Source: Escherichia coli
GTDB lineage: Bacteria; Pseudomonadota; Gammaproteobacteria; Enterobacterales; Enterobacteriaceae
Assembly (NCBI RefSeq): GCF_003334305.1
Contig: NZ_QOWS01000001.1
Direction: 5' to 3' (one strand)
Length of the DNA stretch: 64,000 nt
Shown: positions 35,144-45,499 of the stretch, in pieces
Position numbering within the stretch: the stretch's first letter is position 1
How the letters are laid out: every line of letters starts with the position of its first letter
Made by a program: the position numbers and the translations under genes
The notes under the pieces: generated by a model
Told to the model about the DNA's origin: nothing
Databases searched by the model: none
What the model saw: only the letters and a program-made list of their open reading frames with translations

Positions 35144-35428
35144 ATGAGTCGTTTATCCCACCAGTCGCAACATAACGCCGTCGTCGTGTGCAAAGAGCTG
35201 TCAAGCCCGAACGCGCGCTGCTTCTCTGGCGGCGAATACGATGTCTCTTCTTATCTTTCCTCGTATCGTAAATGCTCCTTTCTGATGGTTGCTGGCATCG
35301 GTAAATCACTTGATTCGTTTTTTTTGATGGCGGTGAGAGCATGTGTTTTGCCCCGCGTAAATGAGAAGGTCCTGATGGTTACTCTGGCGGCAAATGTGGA
35401 AATTGTGGGGCGTTTCGTGGCCTGGTGA
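35144..35428 (+). CDS. Hypothetical small protein (orphan ORF in the wzz-manC junction)
   Basis: 94-aa ORF from ATG 35144 (GAGG just upstream), in frame with a longer ORF from 35120; followed by a strong hairpin terminator; no recognisable domain. Confidence 0.3.
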   Translation: MSRLSHQSQHNAVVVCKELSSPNARCFSGGEYDVSSYLSSYRKCSFLMVAGIGKSLDSFFLMAVRACVLPRVNEKVLMVTLAANVEIVGRFVAW

Positions 35429-35444
35429 GGAACAGATACATATT

Positions 35445-35490
35445 AAAAGCAGAGATATGCCCTGAGACATATCTCTGCTTTTAGGTTTTC
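35445..35490 (+). terminator. Strong stem-loop / putative intrinsic terminator
   Basis: 11-bp near-perfect inverted repeat GCAGAGATATG...CATATCTCTGC followed by TTTTAGGTTTT. Confidence 0.65.
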
Positions 35491-35582
35491 AGGATGCCCG
35501 TTCCGTAAGGATGGTTTTTGAGACCGCTGAGTGAAGGGGCTGCCGACAGTCTGAAGCGAAAGAGGGTGGCGTTTAGCCTGGA

Positions 35583-35624
35583 GCACTACGCATTTTGGTT
35601 GCGATAGCCAATGGCGGTAGCGTA
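35583..35624 (+). promoter_or_regulatory. Degenerate JUMPstart-like element with ops-like site
   Basis: GGCGGTAGCGT at 35613-35623 with partial JUMPstart similarity upstream, about 80 bp before manC. Confidence 0.6.
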
Positions 35625-35701
35625 CCTGAAAAAGGCCATTCAACCCGTTGGTCGATTGATTGATAGTAAAATAAAACAATTATTTATTTAAGGATTTCAT
35701 T

Positions 35702-37117
35702 ATGTTACTTCCTGTAATTATGGCTGGTGGTACCGGCAGTCGTCTCTGGCCGATGTCACGCGAGCTTTATCCGAAACAGTTCCTCCGCCTGTTCGGGCAG
35801 AACTCCATGCTGCAGGAAACCATCACCCGACTCTCGGGTCTTGAAATCCATGAACCGATGGTCATCTGTAACGAAGAGCATCGCTTCCTGGTGGCTGAAC
35901 AGCTGCGCCAGCTAAATAAGCTGTCGAATAACATTATACTTGAGCCAGTCGGGCGCAACACCGCGCCGGCCATCGCCCTGGCGGCCCTTCAGGCCACCCG
36001 CTACGGTGACGACCCGCTGATGCTGGTTCTCGCCGCCGACCACATCATCAATAACCAGTCGGCCTTCCACGACGCTATCCGGGTCGCCGAGCAGTATGCT
36101 GATGAAGGTCATCTGGTCACCTTCGGTATCGTGCCGAATGCCCCGGAAACTGGCTACGGTTACATTCAGCGCGGCGTGGCGCTCACCGATAGTGCCCATT
36201 CCGCGTACCAGGTGGCCCGCTTTGTGGAGAAGCCGGATCGCGAGCGCGCCGAGGCTTACCTCGCCTCCGGGGAGTACTACTGGAACAGCGGCATGTTTAT
36301 GTTCCGCGCCAAGAAATACCTCATCGAGCTGGCCAAATACCGTCCGGATATCCTGGAAGCCTGCCAGGCTGCGGTGAATGCCGCCGATAATGGCAGCGAT
36401 TTCATCAATATCCCACATGATATTTTCTGCGAGTGCCCGGATGAGTCCGTGGACTACGCCGTTATGGAGAAAACCGCTGATGCGGTGGTGGTCGGTCTCG
36501 ATGCTGACTGGAGCGACGTTGGCTCCTGGTCCGCACTATGGGAGGTCAGCCCGAAAGACGAGCAGGGCAACGTCCTTAGTGGCGACGCGTGGGTACACAA
36601 CAGCGAAAACTGCTACATCAACAGCGACGAGAAGCTAGTGGCGGCCATTGGCGTAGAGAATCTGGTGATTGTCAGCACTAAGGACGCCGTGCTGGTGATG
36701 AATCGCGAGCGTTCCCAGGACGTGAAGAAGGCGGTCGAGTTCCTCAAGCAGAACCAGCGCAGCGAGTACAAGCGCCACCGTGAGATTTACCGCCCCTGGG
36801 GCCGTTGCGACGTAGTGGTCCAGACCCCGCGCTTCAACGTCAACCGCATCACGGTGAAACCAGGCGGTGCCTTCTCGATGCAGATGCACCACCATCGCGC
36901 CGAGCATTGGGTTATTCTCGCCGGCACCGGTCAGGTGACGGTCAACGGTAAGCAGTTCCTGCTGTCCGAGAACCAGTCCACCTTTATTCCGATTGGCGCC
37001 GAGCACTGCCTGGAAAACCCTGGCTGTATTCCGCTGGAAGTGCTGGAGATCCAGTCGGGGGCGTACCTTGGCGAGGACGACATTATTCGTATTAAAGACC
37101 AGTATGGTCGTTGCTAA
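35702..37117 (+). CDS. manC: Mannose-1-phosphate guanylyltransferase (O-antigen copy)
   Basis: 471 aa; paralogous to cpsB but clearly divergent at DNA level and more GC-rich; [11 protein letters not shown] motif. Confidence 0.93.
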   Translation: MLLPVIMAGGTGSRLWPMSRELYPKQFLRLFGQNSMLQETITRLSGLEIHEPMVICNEEHRFLVAEQLRQLNKLSNNIILEPVGRNTAPAIALAALQATRYGDDPLMLVLAADHIINNQSAFHDAIRVAEQYADEGHLVTFGIVPNAPETGYGYIQRGVALTDSAHSAYQVARFVEKPDRERAEAYLASGEYYWNSGMFMFRAKKYLIELAKYRPDILEACQAAVNAADNGSDFINIPHDIFCECPDESVDYAVMEKTADAVVVGLDADWSDVGSWSALWEVSPKDEQGNVLSGDAWVHNSENCYINSDEKLVAAIGVENLVIVSTKDAVLVMNRERSQDVKKAVEFLKQNQRSEYKRHREIYRPWGRCDVVVQTPRFNVNRITVKPGGAFSMQMHHHRAEHWVILAGTGQVTVNGKQFLLSENQSTFIPIGAEHCLENPGCIPLEVLEIQSGAYLGEDDIIRIKDQYGRC

Positions 37118-37140
37118 TTATTTTCGGGACAAGATGCAGA

Positions 37141-38517
37141 ATGACACAGTTAACTTGTTTTAAGGCTTATGACATCCGTGGTGAACTGGGTGAGGAACTG
37201 AACGAGGACATCGCCTACCGTATCGGTCGCGCCTACGGCGAATTTCTGAAACCCGGGAAGATAGTGGTGGGGGGCGATGTGCGCCTCACAAGCGAGTCGC
37301 TGAAGCTGGCGCTGGCCCGCGGGTTAATGGACGCCGGTACCGACGTGCTGGACATCGGCCTGAGCGGTACCGAAGAGATTTACTTTGCCACCTTCCACCT
37401 TGGGGTAGATGGTGGCATCGAGGTGACCGCGAGCCACAATCCTATGAACTACAACGGCATGAAGCTGGTGCGCGAGAATGCGAAGCCCATCAGCGGCGAC
37501 ACCGGCCTGCGGGATATCCAGCGCCTGGCGGAGGAAAACCAGTTCCCGCCAGTGGACCCGGCGCGTCGCGGGACCCTGAGCAAGATATCGGTACTGAAGG
37601 AGTATGTTGACCATCTGATGAGCTACGTGGACTTCTCGAACTTCACCCGTCCACTGAAGTTGGTGGTGAACTCCGGAAACGGGGCTGCGGGGCACGTGAT
37701 TGATGAGGTGGAGAAACGCTTCGCGGCGGCTGGGGTGCCGGTAACCTTTATCAAGGTGCATCACCAGCCGGATGGCCATTTCCCTAACGGTATCCCGAAT
37801 CCGCTGCTGCCGGAGTGCCGCCAGGATACCGCCGACGCGGTGCGCGAGCATCAGGCAGACATGGGGATTGCCTTTGACGGCGACTTCGATCGCTGCTTCC
37901 TGTTCGATGACGAAGCTTCGTTTATCGAGGGGTATTACATTGTCGGCCTGCTGGCTGAGGCGTTCCTGCAGAAGCAGCCGGGAGCGAAAATCATTCACGA
38001 CCCGCGCTTGACGTGGAACACGGTAGACATCGTGACCCGCAACGGCGGCCAGCCGGTGATGTCGAAGACGGGGCATGCGTTCATCAAGGAGCGGATGCGT
38101 CAGGAAGACGCTATCTACGGCGGGGAGATGAGTGCGCACCATTACTTCCGCGATTTCGCCTACTGCGATAGCGGGATGATCCCGTGGCTGCTGGTGGCGG
38201 AGCTGCTGTGTCTGAAGAACAGCTCGCTGAAATCGCTGGTGGCGGACCGCCAGAGGGCGTTCCCTGCGTCGGGAGAGATCAACCGCAAGCTAAGGAATGC
38301 GGCTGAGGCGATCGCCCGCATCCGGGCGCAGTATGAGCCGGCGGCTGCACACATCGACACAACGGACGGGATCAGTATTGAATACCCTGAATGGCGCTTT
38401 AACCTGCGCACGTCTAACACCGAGCCGGTGGTGCGTCTGAACGTTGAGTCCAGAGCTGATGTGGCGCTTATGAATGAAAAAACGACCGAGCTGTTACACC
38501 TGTTAAGCGGGGAATAA
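37141..38517 (+). CDS. manB: Phosphomannomutase (O-antigen copy)
   Basis: ATG at 37141 ([14 protein letters not shown]) inside ORF 37111..38517, 458 aa; paralogous to cpsG. Confidence 0.93.
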   Translation: MTQLTCFKAYDIRGELGEELNEDIAYRIGRAYGEFLKPGKIVVGGDVRLTSESLKLALARGLMDAGTDVLDIGLSGTEEIYFATFHLGVDGGIEVTASHNPMNYNGMKLVRENAKPISGDTGLRDIQRLAEENQFPPVDPARRGTLSKISVLKEYVDHLMSYVDFSNFTRPLKLVVNSGNGAAGHVIDEVEKRFAAAGVPVTFIKVHHQPDGHFPNGIPNPLLPECRQDTADAVREHQADMGIAFDGDFDRCFLFDDEASFIEGYYIVGLLAEAFLQKQPGAKIIHDPRLTWNTVDIVTRNGGQPVMSKTGHAFIKERMRQEDAIYGGEMSAHHYFRDFAYCDSGMIPWLLVAELLCLKNSSLKSLVADRQRAFPASGEINRKLRNAAEAIARIRAQYEPAAAHIDTTDGISIEYPEWRFNLRTSNTEPVVRLNVESRADVALMNEKTTELLHLLSGE

Positions 38518-38518
38518 G

Positions 38519-39313
38519 GTGAGAGATTTACTAACGACGATTTATCGTTATCGGGGATTTATCTGGAGCAGTGTTAAACGTGATTTTCAGGCGCGCTATC
38601 AAACTAGTATGCTGGGCGCACTATGGCTCGTTTTACAACCGCTCTCTATGATTCTGGTCTATACCCTGGTTTTTTCCGAGGTGATGAAGGCAAGAATGCC
38701 CGATAATACCGGGTCGTTTGCCTATAGTATTTATCTCTGTTCCGGGGTACTGACCTGGGGATTATTTACTGAGATGCTGGATAAAGGTCAGAGCGTATTT
38801 ATTAACAATGCTAATCTGATCAAGAAACTCAGTTTTCCGAAAATCTGTCTGCCGATCATCGTGACGTTATCGGCGGTGCTAAATTTCGCGATTATTTTCA
38901 GTCTGTTTCTAATTTTTATCATTGTCACCGGTAACTTCCCCGGCTGGCTCTTTCTCTCGGTGATACCGGTCCTGCTTTTGCAAATCCTGTTTGCCGGTGG
39001 GCTGGGGATGATCCTTGGTGTCATGAACGTCTTTTTCAGGGATGTGGGGCAACTGGTTGGCGTTGCGCTGCAATTCTGGTTTTGGTTCACACCCATTGTT
39101 TATGTACTGAATTCATTACCTGCATGGGCAAAAAATCTGATGATGTATAACCCGATGACTCGGATCATGCAATCTTATCAGTCCATCTTCGCCTATCATC
39201 TGGCCCCCAACTGGTATTCGCTATGGCCAGTATTGGCTCTCGCCATTATTTTCTGTGTCATCGGTTTCAGGATGTTCCGCAAGCATGCGGCGGATATGGT
39301 GGATGAATTATAA
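38519..39313 (+). CDS. wzm: ABC-2 type O-antigen exporter permease
   Basis: 264 aa, 6 TM segments; GTG start at 38519 with GGGGAATAAGG upstream; directly precedes wzt. Confidence 0.85.
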   Translation: MRDLLTTIYRYRGFIWSSVKRDFQARYQTSMLGALWLVLQPLSMILVYTLVFSEVMKARMPDNTGSFAYSIYLCSGVLTWGLFTEMLDKGQSVFINNANLIKKLSFPKICLPIIVTLSAVLNFAIIFSLFLIFIIVTGNFPGWLFLSVIPVLLLQILFAGGLGMILGVMNVFFRDVGQLVGVALQFWFWFTPIVYVLNSLPAWAKNLMMYNPMTRIMQSYQSIFAYHLAPNWYSLWPVLALAIIFCVIGFRMFRKHAADMVDEL

Positions 39314-40527
39314 TGAGTTATATCAGAGTAAATAATGTCGGTAAGGCGTATCGCCAGTATCACTCAAAGACCGGGAGACTGATCGAATGGTTATCCCCTC
39401 TGAATACCAAACGCCATAACTTGAAATGGATCCTCCGCGAGATTAATTTCGAAGTCGCTCCGGGCGAGGCTGTCGGTATTATCGGTATCAACGGTGCAGG
39501 CAAGAGTACCCTGCTTAAACTCATAACCGGGACGTCCAGGCCGACGACTGGAGAAATTGAAATCTCCGGACGTGTCGCTGCATTACTCGAATTGGGGATG
39601 GGGTTTCATTCTGATTTCACTGGCCGGCAGAATGTTTATATGTCTGGGCAACTGTTGGGGTTATCGTCAGAGAAAATAACTGAACTGATGCCGCAAATTG
39701 AAGAGTTTGCTGAGATTGGGGACTATATCGATCAGCCTGTGCGCGTCTACTCCAGTGGGATGCAAGTTCGATTAGCTTTTAGTGTAGCGACGGCTATCCG
39801 TCCTGATGTGCTAATTATCGATGAGGCATTATCTGTTGGGGATGCATATTTCCAGCATAAAAGCTTTGAGCGTATTCGAAAATTTCGTCAGGAAGGGACC
39901 ACGCTGTTGCTGGTATCCCATGATAAACAAGCGATCCAAAGCATTTGCGACCGGGCCATTTTATTGAATAAAGGCCAAATTGAAATGGAAGGTGAACCTG
40001 AAGCAGTGATGGATTATTACAATGCGCTTCTGGCCGATAAACAAAATCAGTCCATTAAACAAGTTGAGCATAATGGTAAAACGCAAACTGTTTCAGGCAC
40101 TGGTGAGGTGACTATCTCTGAGGTTCATCTTCTCGATGAACAGGGCAATGTGACTGAATTTGTTTCGGTAGGGCATCGTGTCAGCTTGCAGGTCAACGTT
40201 GAGGTCAAGGACGATATTCCTGAGCTTGTTGTCGGATATATGATTAAGGATCGACTTGGACAGCCGATTTTCGGGACCAATACGTACCATCTCAATCAGA
40301 CACTCACCTCCCTGAAAAAAGGAGAAAAGCGTTCGTTCTTATTTTCTTTCGATGCGAGATTGGGGGTTGGCTCCTATTCTGTCGCTGTCGCGTTGCATAC
40401 TTCCAGTACGCACCTCGGCAAAAACTATGAATGGCGCGATCTGGCCGTGGTATTCAACGTCGTTAACACGGAACAACAAGAGTTTGTCGGCGTGTCCTGG
40501 TTGCCGCCTGAACTGGAGATTTCTTAA
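39313..40527 (+). CDS. wzt: O-antigen ABC exporter ATP-binding protein with C-terminal extension
   Basis: 404 aa; Walker A GINGAGKST, signature YSSGMQVRLAF, Walker B LIIDEA; about 150 aa beyond the nucleotide-binding domain. Confidence 0.88.
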   Translation: MSYIRVNNVGKAYRQYHSKTGRLIEWLSPLNTKRHNLKWILREINFEVAPGEAVGIIGINGAGKSTLLKLITGTSRPTTGEIEISGRVAALLELGMGFHSDFTGRQNVYMSGQLLGLSSEKITELMPQIEEFAEIGDYIDQPVRVYSSGMQVRLAFSVATAIRPDVLIIDEALSVGDAYFQHKSFERIRKFRQEGTTLLLVSHDKQAIQSICDRAILLNKGQIEMEGEPEAVMDYYNALLADKQNQSIKQVEHNGKTQTVSGTGEVTISEVHLLDEQGNVTEFVSVGHRVSLQVNVEVKDDIPELVVGYMIKDRLGQPIFGTNTYHLNQTLTSLKKGEKRSFLFSFDARLGVGSYSVAVALHTSSTHLGKNYEWRDLAVVFNVVNTEQQEFVGVSWLPPELEIS

Positions 40528-41804
40528 TGGGTTCGTCGTTTTATCGTTCATTTGAAGAACGACACAGAGGTTCGGTTGAAGAAATCAAGCGCCGCTTGAG
40601 TTTTTATTTACCTTTTCTTGCAGGTCTGAAGGACATTTATCCTGATGGCGTGATTGCGGATATTGGTTGCGGACGTGGCGAATGGTTGGAGATCCTGACT
40701 GAAAATGGCATTGCGAACATCGGCGTCGATCTCGATGATGGCATGCTGGCGCGCGCCAGGGAGGCCGGACTGAATGTGCAGAAAATGGATTGTCTGCAGT
40801 TTCTGCAAAGTCAGGCGGATCAGAGCCTGATAGCGTTGACCGGTTTTCATATTGCTGAGCATTTGCCTTTTGAGGTCCTGCAGCAGCTCGTCATGCATAC
40901 CCTACGGGTGCTGAAACCAGGTGGTTTGCTGATCCTCGAAACGCCGAACCCGGAGAATGTAAACGTCGGCACCTGTTCATTTTATATGGATCCAACGCAT
41001 AATCATCCTCTGCCACCGCCACTGCTTGAGTTTTTACCTATTCATTATGGTTTTAACAGAGCAATTACCGTTCGTCTGCAGGAAAAAGAGGTTCTTCAAT
41101 CTCCGGATGCAGCCGTTAATTTGGTCGATGTACTCAAAGGGGTGAGCCCCGACTACAGCATCATTGCTCAGAAAGCAGCGCCAACAGATATTCTTGAACG
41201 CTTTGACACCCTGTTTACCCAGCAGTATGGTCTGACGCTGGATGCTCTGAGCAACCGTTACGATGCGATTTTGCGCCAACAGTTTTCGTCCGTTGTCTCA
41301 CGGCTGGAGACGTTGAACCAAACCTATATGCAACAGATAAGCCAAATGTCAGAGACTATTCAGACTTTGCAAGGTGAGGTTGACGATCTGAGTCATGTCA
41401 TCGATCAGAACCATCAGCTTCATCAGCAAATGGCGGATTTACATAACAGTCGTTCATGGCGTATTACTCAACCACTACGCTGGTTGTCTTTGCAACGTCA
41501 ATTATTACGTCAGGAAGGGGCTAAAGTGCGAGCCCGTAGGGCTGCGAAAAAAATATTGCGCAAAGGGATGGCGCTCTCGCTGGTCTTTTTCCATCGTTAC
41601 CCTAAGTCTAAGGTTTATCTGTTTAAGGTTCTGAGAAAAACTGGCTGCTATACATTGCTACAACGTTTGTTCCAACGCGTAATGCTGGTGCAATCTGACA
41701 CGATGATGATGCAGTCCAGAAGATATGATGTGGGTACTGAAGAAATGACAAGTCGCGCGATGAGTATTTATAACGAATTAAAAAATAAAAATACGGAGAA
41801 ATAA
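40527..41804 (+). CDS. wbdD: Chain-terminating SAM-dependent methyltransferase (methyltransferase-only WbdD type)
   Basis: 425 aa; methyltransferase motif DIGCGRGEWL; C-terminal coiled-coil-like region; no kinase motifs seen. Confidence 0.7.
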   Translation: MGSSFYRSFEERHRGSVEEIKRRLSFYLPFLAGLKDIYPDGVIADIGCGRGEWLEILTENGIANIGVDLDDGMLARAREAGLNVQKMDCLQFLQSQADQSLIALTGFHIAEHLPFEVLQQLVMHTLRVLKPGGLLILETPNPENVNVGTCSFYMDPTHNHPLPPPLLEFLPIHYGFNRAITVRLQEKEVLQSPDAAVNLVDVLKGVSPDYSIIAQKAAPTDILERFDTLFTQQYGLTLDALSNRYDAILRQQFSSVVSRLETLNQTYMQQISQMSETIQTLQGEVDDLSHVIDQNHQLHQQMADLHNSRSWRITQPLRWLSLQRQLLRQEGAKVRARRAAKKILRKGMALSLVFFHRYPKSKVYLFKVLRKTGCYTLLQRLFQRVMLVQSDTMMMQSRRYDVGTEEMTSRAMSIYNELKNKNTEK

Positions 41805-41806
41805 CG

Positions 41807-44800
41807 ATGCGTATTGTCATAGATTTACAAGGCGCACAGACGGAAAGCCGCTTTCGTGGCATCGGTCGTTATAGTATCGCAATCGCCAGAGGCATAATCA
41901 GAAATAACAGCCGGCATGAGATTTTCATCGCGCTATCCGCCATGCTGGATGAGTCGATTGCGGATATTAAGGCGCAATTTGCCGATCTCCTGCCGGCAGA
42001 AAATATAGTCGTATGGCATGCCGTAGGCCCTGTTCGTGCGATGGACCAAGGTAATGAATGGCGTCGGGAGAGCGCAGAACTGATTCGGGAAGCGTTTCTT
42101 GAATCATTGTGTCCAGATGTCGTTTTCATTACGAGCTTGTTTGAAGGTCATGTCGACGATGCGGCTACATCGGTACACAAATTTAGTCGTCAGTATAAAG
42201 TAGCCGTACTGCACCACGATCTTATCCCCCTCGTGCAGGCGGAAACCTATCTGCAGGACGATGTATACAAACCCTACTACTTACAGAAAGTTGAGTGGTT
42301 AAAAAACGCTGACCTTTTGTTGACTAACTCTGCTTATACCGCACAGGAAGCGATCGAGCATCTGCATTTACAGGGCGATCATGTGCAGAATATTGCAGCC
42401 GCAGTCGATTCTCAGTTTTGTATGGCGGAGGTGACAGCGAGCGAAAAAGAGACCGTCCTTGGCCATTACGGTATTCAGCGCGAGTTCATGTTGTATGCGC
42501 CCGGAGGATTTGACTCAAGGAAAAACTTTAAACGGTTGATTGAGGCCTATGCCGGGCTCAGTGATGCCTTACGTCGCAGTCATCAACTGGTTATCGTCAG
42601 TAAGCTTTCCATCGGTGATCGTCAGTATCTGGAATCCCTTGCGTCAGGTAATGGTTTACAGCAAGGCGAACTGGTACTCACTGGTTATGTGCCGGAAGAT
42701 GAGCTGATCCAGCTCTATCGCCTATGTAAGCTGTTCATCTTTGCTTCACTACATGAAGGTTTTGGGTTGCCGGTTCTGGAAGCAATGTCGTGCGGTGCGC
42801 CGGTGATTGGCTCAAATGTCACCAGTATTCCTGAAGTCATCGGTAATCCTGAGGCATTATTCGACCCGTATTCTGTCTCTTCCATGAGGGATAAGATCGC
42901 GCAATGTTTGACTGATGATACCTTCCTCGCGCGTCTGAAAGAAATGGCGCAGCAGCAAGCGCGTAATTTCTCTTGGGATAAAGCTGCGGTGACTGCTCTG
43001 GAGGCTTTCGAAAAGATCGCGGTAGAAGACACCGGTACTGCGCAGGTTTTGCCTGAAGCTTTGATTCAGAAGATCCTTGCTATCACACAAGGGCAGCCAG
43101 ATGACCGCGATCTGCGCTTGTGCGCAACGGCCATTGATTACAATCTGAAAACGGCAGAACTTTATCAAATCGACGATAAATCGCTGAACTGGCGTGTGGA
43201 AGGCCCATTCGATAGCTCATATAGTCTGGCGTTGGTCAACCGCGAATTTGCCCGGGCACTCTCAGCCGATGGTGTAGAGGTCTTATTGCATTCCACTGAA
43301 GGACCGGGTGATTTTGCCCCAGATGCCTCCTTTATGGCACAGTCGGAAAATAGTGATCTTCTGGCATTTTATAATCAATGTCAGACCCGCAAGAGTAACG
43401 AAAAGATAGATATTCTTAGCAGAAATATCTATCCACCGCGGGTTACCAAAATGGATGCCAAAGTAAAATTCCTTCATTGTTATGCTTGGGAAGAAACGGG
43501 CTTTCCGCAACCGTGGATCAATGAATTTAATCGGGAACTTGACGGAGTGCTGTGTACTTCGGAACATGTTCGTAAAATATTGATTGATAACGGACTGAAT
43601 GTGCCCGCATTTGTTGTTGGCAATGGCTGTGACCATTGGCTCAATATCCCAGCCGAGACGACAAAAGATGTGGATCACGGAACATTCCGTTTCCTGCACG
43701 TCTCTTCTTGTTTCCCACGCAAAGGGATACAGGCAATGCTTCAGGCTTGGGGGAAGGCGTTCACTCGTCGTGACAATGTTATCTTAATCATTAAGACTTT
43801 TAACAATCCGCACAATGAAATTGACGCATGGCTGGCTCAGGCCCAGGCTCAATTCATAGACTATCCCAAAGTTGAAGTGATCAAAGAGGATATATCAGCC
43901 ACCGAGCTTAAAGGGCTTTATGAAAGCTGTGATGTTTTGGTTGCTCCAGGTTGCGCTGAAGGCTTTGGTTTACCTATTGCTGAAGCAATGCTGAGTGGGC
44001 TACCGGCTATCGTCACCAATTGGAGCGGGCAACTTGATTTTGTTAATTCACAAAATTCATGGCTGGTTGACTATCAGTTCACTCGGGTAAAAACGCACTT
44101 TGGTCTGTTTTCCTCAGCCTGGGCCAGTGTGGATATTGACAACTTAACAGATGCATTAAAAGCGGCAGCCTCAACCGATAAATCAGTGCTGCGTGACATG
44201 GCCAATGCTGGTCGCGAGCTTCTTCTGCAGCAGTTTACCTGGAAAGCGGTGGCTGATCGTTCTTGCCAGGCGGTCAAGACTCTGCGTGCGCATATTGATA
44301 TTGCACAGCATCGGGCGCGCATTGGCTGGTTGACGACCTGGAACACGAAATGTGGGATCGCAACCTATTCCCAGCATCTGGTGGAAAGCGCACCTCATGG
44401 CGCGGATGTTGTTTTTGCTCCCCAGGTCAGCGCTGGCGATCTTGTGTGTGCAGACGAAGAGTTTGTACTTCGCAACTGGATTGTAGGTAAAGAGAGCAAC
44501 TATCTGGAAAACCTCCAGCCACACATTGATGCTCTGAAACTCGATGTCATTGTGATCCAATTCAACTATGGATTCTTTAATCATCGAGAACTGTCGGTGT
44601 TTATTCGTCGCCAGCATGACGCCGGTCGTTCAGTTGTTATGACGATGCACTCAACTGTGGATCCGCTGGAAAAAGAGCCGAGCTGGAATTTCCGTCTTGC
44701 TGAAATGAAAGAGGCGCTGGCACTTTGCGACCGGTTGTTGGTGCATTCGATTGCCGATATGAACCGCCTTAAAGATTTAGGCTTAACTGCGAATGTTGCT

Positions 44801-45448
44801 TTATTCCCGCACGGTGTTATCAACTACTCCGCAGCGAGCGTCACACGTCAACAGCAGTCTTTACCGCTAATTGCGAGCTATGGCTTCTGCTTACCGCATA
44901 AGGGCCTGATGGAACTAGTAGAATCCGTCCATAGACTCAAGCAAGCCGGTAAACCGGTTCGTTTACGACTGGTGAACGCAGAGTATCCTGTTGGGGAGTC
45001 ACGCGATCTGGTGGCAGAGCTTAAAGCTGCTGCTCAGCGGTTAGGTGTTACCGATCTGATTGAGATGCATAATGATTTCCTACCTGATGCGGAGAGTCTG
45101 CGGTTGCTTTCAGAAGCCGATCTTCTGATTTTTGCTTATCAGAATACTGGGGAGTCTGCTAGCGGGGCGGTACGTTATGGTATGGCGACTCAAAAACCTG
45201 TTGCGGTAACGCCCCTGGCGATATTTGATGATTTGGACGATGCCGTCTTTAAATTTGATGGATGCAGCGTCGATGATATCAGTCAGGGGATTGACCGGAT
45301 CCTGAATTCCATCCGTGAACAGAACTCTTGGGCAACCAGGACTCAACAACGTGCCGATGCATGGCGGGAACAACATGATTATCAAGCTGTTTCACGCCGT
45401 CTGGTTAATATGTGTCAAGGCTTAGCTAAAGCTAAATATTTTAAATAA
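41807..45448 (+). CDS. wbdA: Multidomain polymerising mannosyltransferase (GT4 modules)
   Basis: 1213 aa; GT4 signatures EGFGLPVLEAMSCGAPV (about residue 320) and EGFGLPIAEAMLSGLPAI (about residue 725), plus a third C-terminal GT-like region. Confidence 0.75.
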   Translation: MRIVIDLQGAQTESRFRGIGRYSIAIARGIIRNNSRHEIFIALSAMLDESIADIKAQFADLLPAENIVVWHAVGPVRAMDQGNEWRRESAELIREAFLESLCPDVVFITSLFEGHVDDAATSVHKFSRQYKVAVLHHDLIPLVQAETYLQDDVYKPYYLQKVEWLKNADLLLTNSAYTAQEAIEHLHLQGDHVQNIAAAVDSQFCMAEVTASEKETVLGHYGIQREFMLYAPGGFDSRKNFKRLIEAYAGLSDALRRSHQLVIVSKLSIGDRQYLESLASGNGLQQGELVLTGYVPEDELIQLYRLCKLFIFASLHEGFGLPVLEAMSCGAPVIGSNVTSIPEVIGNPEALFDPYSVSSMRDKIAQCLTDDTFLARLKEMAQQQARNFSWDKAAVTALEAFEKIAVEDTGTAQVLPEALIQKILAITQGQPDDRDLRLCATAIDYNLKTAELYQIDDKSLNWRVEGPFDSSYSLALVNREFARALSADGVEVLLHSTEGPGDFAPDASFMAQSENSDLLAFYNQCQTRKSNEKIDILSRNIYPPRVTKMDAKVKFLHCYAWEETGFPQPWINEFNRELDGVLCTSEHVRKILIDNGLNVPAFVVGNGCDHWLNIPAETTKDVDHGTFRFLHVSSCFPRKGIQAMLQAWGKAFTRRDNVILIIKTFNNPHNEIDAWLAQAQAQFIDYPKVEVIKEDISATELKGLYESCDVLVAPGCAEGFGLPIAEAMLSGLPAIVTNWSGQLDFVNSQNSWLVDYQFTRVKTHFGLFSSAWASVDIDNLTDALKAAASTDKSVLRDMANAGRELLLQQFTWKAVADRSCQAVKTLRAHIDIAQHRARIGWLTTWNTKCGIATYSQHLVESAPHGADVVFAPQVSAGDLVCADEEFVLRNWIVGKESNYLENLQPHIDALKLDVIVIQFNYGFFNHRELSVFIRRQHDAGRSVVMTMHSTVDPLEKEPSWNFRLAEMKEALALCDRLLVHSIADMNRLKDLGLTANVALFPHGVINYSAASVTRQQQSLPLIASYGFCLPHKGLMELVESVHRLKQAGKPVRLRLVNAEYPVGESRDLVAELKAAAQRLGVTDLIEMHNDFLPDAESLRLLSEADLLIFAYQNTGESASGAVRYGMATQKPVAVTPLAIFDDLDDAVFKFDGCSVDDISQGIDRILNSIREQNSWATRTQQRADAWREQHDYQAVSRRLVNMCQGLAKAKYFK

Positions 45449-45499
45449 AAATATCTCTCTTGTATTTTTTGCCTTTGAATACAAGAGGGGTTAGATAAT

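Noticed and set aside
34560-35700. Possible IS element or transposase at the wzz-manC junction
   Set aside because: No transposase-like ORF and no terminal inverted repeats or target-site duplications were visible; only the hisI-derived repeat.
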